In this document: in pieces, positions 53,591 through 64,000 of the stretch
How positions within the stretch are numbered: the stretch's first letter is position 1
Layout: the number at the start of each line of letters is the position of its first letter
NCBI GenBank assembly: GCA_964247055.1
Contig: OZ176054.1
Span: 4,898,001-4,962,000 of the forward strand
Source: Paragordius varius
Lineage: Eukaryota; Animalia; Nematomorpha
Length of the DNA stretch: 64,000 bases
Direction: 5' to 3'
Program-made: the position numbers and the translations under genes
The notes under the pieces: generated by a model
Told to the model about the DNA's origin: nothing
Database searches by the model: none
The model's input: the letters and a program-made list of their open reading frames with translations, nothing else

Positions 53591-53709
53591 TAGATGTAAC
53601 ATTTAATTTATCTTCATATATAACAAAAGTTCTTGTTTGTTCTCAATATAATATTCGAAATGTCCCTGTCACTTACTATTTCTATTATTGTCAACCATTT
53701 TAGCGATAC

Positions 53710-53777
53710 TGTGGACGACAAAGTAAAGGTAATGGTAAATTTATTATATGTTGTATGAATGGTGGTTTATATAATAA

Positions 53778-53817
<40 letters not shown>

Positions 53818-56800
53818 GATAATTAGGTCCAATGTATTCACATATATCAAGGTGAAATAATAATATTCACAAGTGGTGGTGAGGTTATAATAATGTAAAA
53901 ATAGCACACAGATAAGTTAATAGGTTAATATAATAATATATAACGAATGTTGTTTGTGCGGGTAATCTAATCGTGTAATAGATTTATTCTGTCATTTACC
54001 AGTCTAACATCACTACCCCCTCCTAATGAAAGCGGGCAGGTTTCTGACGACTTCTTGTCGGGTACCGTCGTTCCTGTGTTTTAGCGGGGGAGTAGGTTGT
54101 CGCAGATTCCTGGGTATTATCATTATTTGGACTTTCGGCTGTCGGAGTAATTGGCTCGATTTCGTCCCTTGAATTGATCGTGTTTGGTTGCGTTTCGGCC
54201 CTTGTTCCATCATTCGTGGCAGTGGTTACATCCTTCTCACTTGTGTTGCTTGTAGTGGTAGGTTGTGGTTGTGGCTGGTGTACTATTTGGTCAGCGTGTT
54301 TCCTCACAACTTTGTCTCAATCCTTGTCCCACACCTTGTATGAAAGCAGCCCTGTACGGTCCGTAATCTCTCCGGCGCGCCACCCTGGACTTAACTCATT
54401 TTTAATCATTATCTGATCATTAATGGCAAACTGCCGTCGGGGGGCCGGTGCATTTAGCAATTTCGCCCTACTATTTAACCAGGTTAAGGGGGTATGGGGA
54501 GTACGCTTGAACATTAACTGGGCCGGGGTTTCTTTCGTTGTTGAGTGTATAGAATTACTATACGCCCATAGGCTAGTGTTAAACGCTTCGTGGGTGGATA
54601 TCGCATTATTTTTTTATTCTTTTGTATTTATTTTTTATTGTACCTACTAACCTTTCTACCATCATTACTCTTAGGATGGTAGGGGTTAACCTTAATATGT
54701 TTCACCCCTAACGTACTTAAGGTTGACGTAAAGTACTCTTTACTAAAATACGAAGCGTTATCGCTAACGATCTCTCTTGCAAAGCCAAACCTTGCAAACG
54801 TTTTTTCTACTTTGTGGATTATATTCGCTGCGGTTACTTTTTTCAAAATAAATCCTTCTGCCCATTTCGAGGCACTACCAATTATCAACAACCAATAAAA
54901 CCCGTCTACCGGTCCGGCTATATCAATATGCAAACGCTCCCACACTGCAACATTATGATCCCACTGATACGTGGAATTCTGAGTAACATTCGGCCTACTA
55001 CGCTGGCACGATTCGCATTGACTACTGGCTTTTACCAGGTCATTTTCTAATTCTGGCCAATAACACGTAAATCTGGCCATTGCTTTCATGGTCTCTACGT
55101 TGTTATGACCGCTGTGTAGGTAACTCACCACCTCTTTTTGGAGGGCCTTCGGAATTACAATCCGATCATTTAAACTTAATAAGCCATATTGATATGCCAA
55201 CTCGTCTTTACGGTTTACAAACTTTACTGATTCTGGAGAACTCCAGTCATGGTTGTTTAACGCTTTAATTACTTTTTGTAATAATGGATCTATTGCGGTT
55301 TCTTTTCGAATTTCATTTCTGCTTAACCGCACGTTATGACAATTCAAAAATCTCAAATATCTGGTAACCGCATAATCTTCATCATAGGCAACGATCTCGT
55401 CAATCGGCCATCTCGATAAATAATCAGCTCTATTTTGAGCCCCTTTTTGATGACTTATTTCAAAGTCGTATTCATTTATCATATTAATCCACCTTAGTAT
55501 TTTAGCATTATGTATCTCTTTTAAATTTCGATCTCTATTTATTAACTTTACTAAGGGTAAATGGTCAGTTAATATTGTAAATTTTCTACCATATATGAAG
55601 CTATGAAACTTTCGTAACGCAAATAATATTGCTTTTAATTCCTTCTCTATAGTGGAATAATTCCTTTCAGCGTTGATACACTTTTGTGAGGCATACGCTA
55701 TCGGTATCCTTTCACTATTAACTTCATGACTTAAAATACATCCGAATCCTAAATCTGCATCAGTTTCTATTATCAATTTCCTATTCGGATTATATGGTGT
55801 TAAAAACACTTTTTCGCTTAACAAATTCTTAGCTGCTAACCAGCTTTTCTCATGTTTCTCGGTCCAACACCAACTCGTATTTTTACTAGTAAATTCATGT
55901 AAGGGACCGACTATCATTTGTAATTTTGGTATAAAGCGTTCATGAAACGTCAAAAAACCTAAAAAATTACGTAATGACTGTTTATCTACCGGCCTCTTTA
56001 GTTTCTTAATTGTTTTGCTTTCACATGGGCTTATACCCTTTTCGATATTACAAACCCTAAATAGTTTACTGATTCTGCGCCTATCATTATTTTATCTTGT
56101 CTTAATTTAAATCCGGCCTTATCAAGACGACTTAATACGTTGTTTAAATTGTTAATGTGCTCATTTTCCGTCCTACCAGTCACTAGGACGTCATCTAAAT
56201 AAACGCAAGTTCCCGGAGTTTCAGCCACACTTGTTCCATCACTTGGAAGATGATAGGTGCCGGGCCAGTCCAAACGGCATGCGTTTGTATCTAAAAAAAC
56301 CTTTATGTGTTGATATTATTAACAATTCCTGACACTCCTCTGCCATTGGCATTTGGAGGTAAGCATCTTTTAAATCAATTTTTGGGAATGTGATACCTTC
56401 ACCTATTTTCGACACCAACTCATCAAACGTATGGGAGTCATTTTGCAACCATTTATTAATCGTTACCCGAAAATCACTACATATTCTTAATTCGCCATTC
56501 GGTTTAAGTACATTAACCGTAGGCGTGGCCCATGTCCCAGGGTTAATGTTAGGATCAACCGGTTCTAAGATGCCTAACTTTTCTAGCATCAGCTCTTTCT
56601 CCACCTTTCTTAATGGAAAAGGCACCCTGCGACATGGCCATACTTTCCGTATCGCATTCGCTGCAATGCGAATTTTTACAGGGTCCTTATAACACCCTAA
56701 CTTATTTTCGAATAAGTTTCAAATCTCATTCAATTTAAGATAATTAACTTTAACCTGTGGCATCTCAATCTGTAATTTCGCCATCCAGTCCAGTCCACAG

Positions 56801-57466
56801 ATCAGCGGAGCCATCCCCATCGTTTTGCTTAGAACAGATATGTCCCCGACCATTTGTTTACCATTTACCTGGACCTTAACACTTGCTGGTCCCCATCATT
56901 GGCACTGTGGTATTATGGTACGATTTTACTGGGGGTGTCGGACTCAGCTTGGGTTTACCGATTTGCTCCCACGGTGCTATGTTTATTACGCTAATATCCG
57001 AACGGGTATCGTAGATAAAGCCTTTTAACCCGTTTCTTACTAGTGTTATCAGTAAGGGAGTTAGCGCATTACGACCTACGTTGACTTCCTTCAATAATTG
57101 ACTATCGAAGTTGGGTCTTTGTCTTTTGGCCACACACATCCTAGCAAAATGGTTCAGCTTTCCGCATTTGTTGCAGGATCGTCTCCAGGCTGGACACTTG
57201 TTGGGTGGGTGTGTGAAACCGCAATGTTTGCATGTAATAGATGATTTTATTATTGTTTGTCGGTAGGGTTTATTATGTTGTAACCGATTGATATTATTGC
57301 TGTTGCTAAGTCGTCAATTGCTATTATTATTGATTTTTGAGCTGTGATATTCATTGGTTCGTCTGCCATACTCGTTTTGGTCACTACTGATAACTGGGGA
57401 CGACAAAGTAAAGGTAATGGTAAATTTATTATATGTTGTATGAATGTTGGTTAATATAATGATCTA

Positions 57467-57501
<35 letters not shown>

Positions 57502-57737
57502 AAGATAATTAGGTCTAATGTATTCACATATATCAAGGTGAGATGTTAGCTTATATACAATTATCTCAAGGTATAATAATAATGTTCACAAGTGGTGGTG
57601 AGATAATAATATAAAAATAGTACACAGATAAGTTAATAGGTGAATATAATAATATATAACGAATGTTGTTTGTGCGGTTAATCTAATCGTGTAATAAAAG
57701 ATTCATTCAAAATAGCCTGTCAGTTACCACTCTAACA
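53710..57737 (-). mobile_element. Ty3/Gypsy (Mag/K02A2.6-like) LTR retrotransposon, decayed (unit 2 only)
   Basis: TG..CA LTRs at 53710-54009 and 57395-57737, and a polypurine tract AGGAGGGGG next to the 3' LTR. Two CCHC knuckles (CKHCGFTHPPNKC, CNKCGKLNHFARMC), degenerate protease DTRS, RT YLDD, RNase H-like NYSTIEKE..TDHLPL, integrase H..H..C..C, IDIAGP, SDN. Domain order is PR-RT-RH-IN. Confidence 0.96.
54628..55953 (-). CDS. Gypsy pol fragment (RNase H-like + integrase), longest uninterrupted ORF (441 aa)
   Basis: Motifs in the ORF track as listed for the element. Flanked by frameshifts. Confidence 0.85.
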   Translation of the reverse strand: MTFHERFIPKLQMIVGPLHEFTSKNTSWCWTEKHEKSWLAAKNLLSEKVFLTPYNPNRKLIIETDADLGFGCILSHEVNSERIPIAYASQKCINAERNYSTIEKELKAILFALRKFHSFIYGRKFTILTDHLPLVKLINRDRNLKEIHNAKILRWINMINEYDFEISHQKGAQNRADYLSRWPIDEIVAYDEDYAVTRYLRFLNCHNVRLSRNEIRKETAIDPLLQKVIKALNNHDWSSPESVKFVNRKDELAYQYGLLSLNDRIVIPKALQKEVVSYLHSGHNNVETMKAMARFTCYWPELENDLVKASSQCESCQRSRPNVTQNSTYQWDHNVAVWERLHIDIAGPVDGFYWLLIIGSASKWAEGFILKKVTAANIIHKVEKTFARFGFAREIVSDNASYFSKEYFTSTLSTLGVKHIKVNPYHPKSNDGRKVSRYNKK

Positions 57738-59006
57738 ATGTACTAACAAACATAATATAAAAACCACAAGATAGACTCAAGATTTGATCTATTCAAATTG
57801 TGCATTATCCTGGTGTGAGGCACATCGCAGGATATCTCCGTTTTGTTACGTCTACTTTGTTCTGTTGGTTGATTTTTCATATCGCTTGAGCTTTTATTGT
57901 GACGGTTTCACATAAGATAAAATCCCGGCCTTGTCTCCCACATGCCCTCGCCTTCTGATCATAACTTTAAATCATTAGTCGTTCGTTGGGAAGAACTTAG
58001 TACGAGAAAGTAGAGGATTGTGCAATATTTCTTGGCAGATTGGTAAAATGATTCGTTTTTTGATAACCCATAGACACGTGCTATATGCATGTTAATGATA
58101 AACTAGTTTTAATATATTTATATCTGCTTTTAAGCGTGCCTATCGGCCCTCCTACAGCTTATTCTTGGGATGCTAGCCCATAGATTTTGCGTATTTGAGC
58201 TTACTCAAAGGCGATAAGAATTTTTTATCACCGTTTTCAGATGCCTACGTCGTTGAATAGGATTTCACAGTCGCTTTTCGATTTCAAATTTTCTTTCACA
58301 CAAATTGTGTGGACCCATTTACCGAGTTTCGTCTTTCCCAACGCTCGTGCCTACTGATGTTTTTGTTATACATATAATACCTCTGCGGATTGCTATGGAG
58401 TTTTAATGAGTCTCATCTAATAACTCTTACATTTTATTGTCTTCGTTGTTGTGTGGTCTACTATGCACTCACTCTCTTTACAATCAGAGCTTTTAAGTTT
58501 TCAAAACCATAAATCACATGCTTTAATCGATGAACTTTCAATATGTTTACCAGCCAAACGAGAATTTTTAACGGCCTTTCTCCACTGATAAATTGAATAC
58601 TAAAATTATGTGCATGCCCCAAATGTTCTTTTTCAGGCACAAAATGCAATATGTTTACCGAATGATAAAAAAAATACGATAGTTGATGGACTCAGCTTTT
58701 GTTTGCTTGTCGTTTTATAGGTGATCAAAATGGCGTCTGTGTAAAATAAATCGACTGTTTTTGCATCTTTTCTTTTATTAGGCAATGAATTAAATTGATT
58801 TCTTATTTAAACTGGGTGCGTTTATAGCTAATGAATAAAATAATTGATAATATCGCTATTATTTTAAGAGTGTACAGTAGCATATTCTGTTGTTAAATTA
58901 TTTTTAATGATGTACCATCTATATACTAAAATTTTCGATATATTCCGAATTTTTGCAGTATATTTTACTCTTAGTATCTCTAGTTTGTTTTTTATATATT
59001 ATAGAG

Positions 59007-60061
59007 CGATAAACTCCTACTTGTTGTATTTTACAGGGGCTGGGGCCACGCCCAGCGAATTATTATAAAACGTGCCTCTAAGCCAATTTTAATTTCCTTA
59101 ATGGTAGCAAATCGTAAATGGATATTTACTAATGCTTGGAAAAAATTGCTGAAACAATTAACGGTATATAACAATGCATATATTTAGTATGTTGATATTT
59201 TATCATTACACGCCATGTATAAATTGTTTAATTTAGCCATGCTAAATTATTTTATATTTTATTTTTTTTTCAAATAACAGTCCTACTAATTTCATAAAAT
59301 AATTTTAATTTTATTTATTTTAACTTTGCTGTGAGTTTTTTATAAACACTTAAATTATATTTTAAACATAACATCCCAAAACACTTTGTTAAAGTCGGTA
59401 AGAAAAAATGAAAATGTTAAAAGAGATTATATAACTGCAAATCAAACTTATTATGGAATGCCACATTATTTTTGAATACTCTCTCTACCGGTGTGGTTTA
59501 AAATGGTGTCTATGTTCATTTATTTCGTTTAACTGCGGCCTTCCAAACATTTTTACGGTTTACGAGAAATGGAAATATCAAATTAATCCAAATTTATATT
59601 TTAAGCAAAATAACTAGTAAAATTATATAATTATAATATTTACTTTGAGATAATATGTTTTATTAATTTATTCAGAATTATGTATATTTCTTTTATCACA
59701 ATGTACGCAAAGTTTAAATTTTAAGCCGTTGAAAACTATATTTACCACTTATTACTCTTGAATTGGATTTCATAAAATGATATGAGTTTTAGGGGAAAAT
59801 TTTTAATTCCTTATTATAACCGTAAAGATCAAAATTTAATTTTTTATTGAAAAAGAGAGAGAGAGAAAGTTCTTGTTTTTTAAAAATGTATAAATCCAAA
59901 TTTCCGAATTTTGCCAAGGCATAAACAAAAATTACAAGATATATAATGGTCGTTAATTTAGTTACAATATCATGATTGAGAAATAATAGGATATATGTTA
60001 TATGCCAGCCGGTGTTTTCTAGAAATGCGGCCTGCGAAGCAATTTGTGTTGGACACACCTC
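59007..60061 (-). mobile_element. Remnant of the SPIN-like hAT, lacking the transposase and left TIR
   Basis: Colinear with 29389-30496, including the terminal tttgtgttggacacacctc. Confidence 0.75.
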
Positions 60062-60359
60062 TTCAGTAACTAAGATTAAATTAATAATCAGTTAATTTCA
60101 TAGGTTGCCAAATTCACGAAAGAAATTCCAAGCTTCTGAGAATAAAAATTTATATTTATCAAATGTTATCTTTGAGATTGAAATGAAGTGTATACAGATA
60201 AAATAAATTATTTTTTGTCGGAAACTCTATAATTTATTGAAGACTTTCCATTTGATGAGATGCTGTTTTGCGTATGTTTTATTAGTATGAAATTATAAAT
60301 CACACATTTTTAATTATACCCCAAGATATAAAGAATAAAAAACCCATAAATTTAATTAA

Positions 60360-60774
60360 TTAAGCAAATTTAGGTTTTAAACTGATGCAACTCCCATTTT
60401 TGTTATTGTCTTTATCTTCCAATGAATTACCGTAAAAGACCAGAAGATTGTTCAACTTGACGTATTTTTCAAATTGAGGATATGTAACGTGTAATTCATA
60501 CGAATTTTTTTCCATGATTCCTTCCAAAGTCAAATTATAAATTCTTTCAGGAGCCGAAATCTATATAAGTAATAAAATTTATTTATTTATTCTGTTTTTC
60601 AGTGATGTCCTCATTCCGCAGCCGCATGCCCCCCATTCAAATTTGGAAAATTCCCAAATAAATTGTTCGCAAAAATATTACTTTTCGTAATATAAATATA
60701 AAAAAATTATTTCCAAATTCATTTTGGCAACAAACTAGCAAAAATTGATGAAATAAATTATTTTTCCACGCGTA

Positions 60775-60812
<38 letters not shown>

Positions 60813-63800
60813 TGTTATCTATCTAATAAAATCTTAATCAATGCCCGTGGGATTTTGAAAATGCGGCATGGGAAGGCAATTTTGTGCAACCCTATTCCAT
60901 TTACTAGAACATTTCATAATCTCGAAAAGGTGACAAATTATGTTGAAAAAAAGGACTTACATTATGCTTCTCATATTCTATATTGGCTCGATCAACGAAT
61001 ATCAATTGGGCTTGAGTGAATAGCAAGGTAATCTCTATAGTTTTGCAATCCAAAATCTTGAATTCAGCATCGTTTTCGGAGTGATTTGAAACGACTAAAA
61101 CATATAAATGTTAACATATACATAAGAGATGTAATTGTAATAACAAAAAATGTTTTCTTACTGAAAGAACCAATTAGCTGCGAAGAGCCATATTTCACTG
61201 TCACATTATTTGTTATTGTATTTAGGGTTAAGAATGTAATATAACTGTCATTAGTCTAACATTATAAAAATATATATATTTATATATAATAATCGGTCAT
61301 ATAGCACATATATCATTTTTCAGTCAGCAACACTTTTTCGATTCAACGCAAAATTTTTCATCCAAACGGATTCCGTTTGCTTGTAAAAATGTTGCGTTAA
61401 TGTTGCTTTTTACTGAAAATTAGGATATTATAAAAATTTATCACTCCAATTTTTGAATATTCTCTATTATCTATAATTGGAAAAAATGTTTTTTTCGAAG
61501 GTGTGGTTGTTTATAAATTAATATACGTAAACTCCTCATAATTGAAATAAAAAAAATAATCTCAAAAAAATCATATTTTTTCAAATGTTTAAACAAATAT
61601 AGGCATTCATTACTACTTTATTACCATTGTTTTTTTAAAATTGGGGTGTTATGTCAGGAGCTACCTTAATTTGTTACAAAAAGAAGTTTTATTTTGGCAA
61701 AATAATTTGCAAAATATTGAATAAAAAAAGGTTTTAATTTTTAATAGTTACGTAATTTATACGGTTTAAATAGCTTAAAATCTATTAAAACAAACACATG
61801 AATCCAAAATCAATTGTCAAATGAAAATGTATTTTAAGTTAATAATATATATTTTAACCATAATTTTTTTATAGTATTAATTAATAAATCCAGAAAAATT
61901 ATGACAAAAAGTTGATGAGGTTTTTTTTCCTTTTAAATTGAACCGGAACAAAAAACGGTACCGGTTCCAATCCCTGGTTAAAATGAATACAATACTTGTT
62001 TCTTAATGTTGTTGTAATTGAATCTATTATTGATTTCCACATGGTAGGTGGTATTACATGATGGCCAAAACAAAAAAATTTGAGAGACATCTGAATCGTT
62101 AGGTCTACTTGTGAAGCGCATTCTCTGCAGTTGCTTGTTAAAATTTATCCTACTGCAAACATCTTAATATTAAAATATAAAGGCACCATACCTTTGACAT
62201 CATCTTCGAAATATAACATATTAAAATTATGCCTGCTACTACATTTATTTGGCTGTTCACTAAGAGCGTATATATCCTCCCCTACATTTGGGGAATATTT
62301 TCGGGCTAAATCTGTTAAAGCGATGCTAGAAACGCTTTCGTGTTCAGTAATGTTAAATTTGTCTACTGATACTTTAGTTTTATTTGAGTAGTTAAATGAA
62401 TTGTCTTTATTCAAACGTATAATTATTGTGAATGCGCGTATTCCCAAATCATACACCACATACAAAATACCATTCAAATCAGATTTCCTTATTTCAATTT
62501 CTTTGATCTAACAAAATAGAAATTCAATATTTATAGCTTTTATTGTTACTGTATACGGCGCTTAAACTTATGATATATATATAAATATATGTTAATCTTA
62601 CATTTGTCCATGTCTTTGTATGATTTTGTGTTACATATTTCACTTGAATATTAGTATCTGGAATCATTTGCCAAGAAATATTTACACCTTGACACTGGTT
62701 ATTTTCAGTTATTTCTTTCATCTTAAGCATATTATTTTGATAGGCATGGAAGGTTCCTTTAGATATACAAATTTAAATTAAATTCCCCCTTTAACCCTTT
62801 GATTCCACTCTTTAACTTTTAACATTTTAAATTCCCCCTTTTTAACACTTCTAATACACCTGTCAACAAATTCTGATAAAATATTATTTTTACATTAGTT
62901 TACCATTTTATGTGTTTTTCTAGATTACAAATACTAAATTAACTTTTTTAAATATAGCGTATCATGATGTATGCACTTTTACAATTTTTAATATACCATT
63001 TACATTTTGAATTCACCCTAAAAATAAATTATATGTTTTGGGGCTTATACTCATTATTAATATAATATATCTTTATGGCATAGATTATTATTTTAATAAT
63101 ATTCTAATTTTGAACAAAATATCATTTTCTAAAAATAAAAAAATATAGGTAATTTTTAATCCTGAAAAACATAATTCATTTTAGGGGGAATTCGAATCGT
63201 TCGAGGGTGATTTTGATTTGTTCGAGGGTGAATTTGAATTGTTCAATGGTCAATTTGGATGTAAATAATATATGGCCCGCTACTATATATATCATATTAG
63301 TTTGTGTTAAAAGCTCTTACAATGACCCAAAAAATAATTGAAAGAAAAATTAATTATCGGTTAATTATTTATTTATACTATAAAATAAAAATAATAATTT
63401 GTGAATTGCGAAAAAAGTGAACGTTCCAGCAAAAAAGGGTGAGCGAATATTAAGCTATTATTTGGTACTGTAAATTCCAGGCATTTAAAATACCTATTTT
63501 ACATAATTAAACTATTTAGAATGGAAGAGATTAAAGTTAATAAATCATGCCTATATTTTTCTTCAAATAAAATCAAAAGACAAATACATTTCTTTATTTT
63601 TAGTAGGGTGTATTTAAATGTTTCAAGGTGAATGCAAAATTGGATTGTTTAATGTGAATTTTAAGGGATTAAATTCAAAATTTTAAAATAAGCGTTTAAA
63701 ATTCGAACGTTAAAAAATTTGTTCCGAATCGATATAAATTTAGCTAATCAACAATTTTATAAGTAATACCTAATCTATTTTTTTTCGAAAAAATTCCAGC

Positions 63801-64000
63801 TTGTTCGATCCCCACATCATACACTGTGTTCATTTGTAAATCAATAAAGGCTACGTTTCCTTGCCACTACATGTCAATATAATTAATCATATTATAACAT
63901 AAATTATCAGTAATTGCATTTAGCTAAATAATTTTTTTGTGAAAGCAAATTACTTGATTCCAAATAAATGAATATAAAAAGAAAAACAATATTTTTAAAA
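60360..64000 (-). pseudogene. Unit 2 copy of the 3' part of gene X, probably degenerate
   Basis: Orthologous exons (ORF 62145-62477, 20-nt intron 62134-62153). CAG->TAG change near 63870 and apparent TGA codons near 62960-63000 relative to unit 1. Confidence 0.55.

Larger units (their letters stand above)
42420..64000 (+). repeat. Tandem segmental duplication, unit 2 (runs off the right edge)
   Basis: Same order and orientation as unit 1, roughly 80-95% identical by eye, with a different set of TE insertions. Confidence 0.9.

Noticed and set aside
54013-54650. Several overlapping ORFs on both strands
   Set aside because: They are the frameshifted low-complexity tail of the Gypsy integrase and its antisense shadows.
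1-64000. tRNA, rRNA, snRNA genes or a species assignment
   Set aside because: No cloverleaf, rRNA or Sm-site pattern recognised by eye. The sequence supports only an AT-rich, animal-like eukaryote with the standard code.

Overview
Very AT-rich eukaryotic, animal-like genomic DNA using the standard code, with spliced genes and many transposon relics. No prokaryotic operons or CRISPR arrays. The window holds three things. (1) The 5' ~454 codons of a cytosolic cysteinyl-tRNA synthetase gene (minus strand, 6903->154, running off the left edge). Its first five introns are only 21-26 nt, and its later introns are 340-2905 nt. (2) A ~35 kb tandem segmental duplication (unit 1 ~7140-42400, unit 2 ~42420->64000). 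Each unit carries a BACK+6xKelch gene with no visible BTB exon (intact in unit 1, pseudogene in unit 2) and a multi-exon gene for an unidentified secreted or cell-surface protein that also has a 20-nt intron. (3) Many unit-specific insertions: hAT elements and MITEs with 8-bp TSDs, TTAA-flanked piggyBac-like MITEs, long fold-back elements, RTE LINE fragments, a Mag-type Gypsy LTR element, and a candidate type I hammerhead ribozyme. The most striking signal is the ultrashort GT-AG introns in a TE-rich genome that also has kb-sized introns. All gene models were spliced by hand and homologies were recognised from memory, not by database search.
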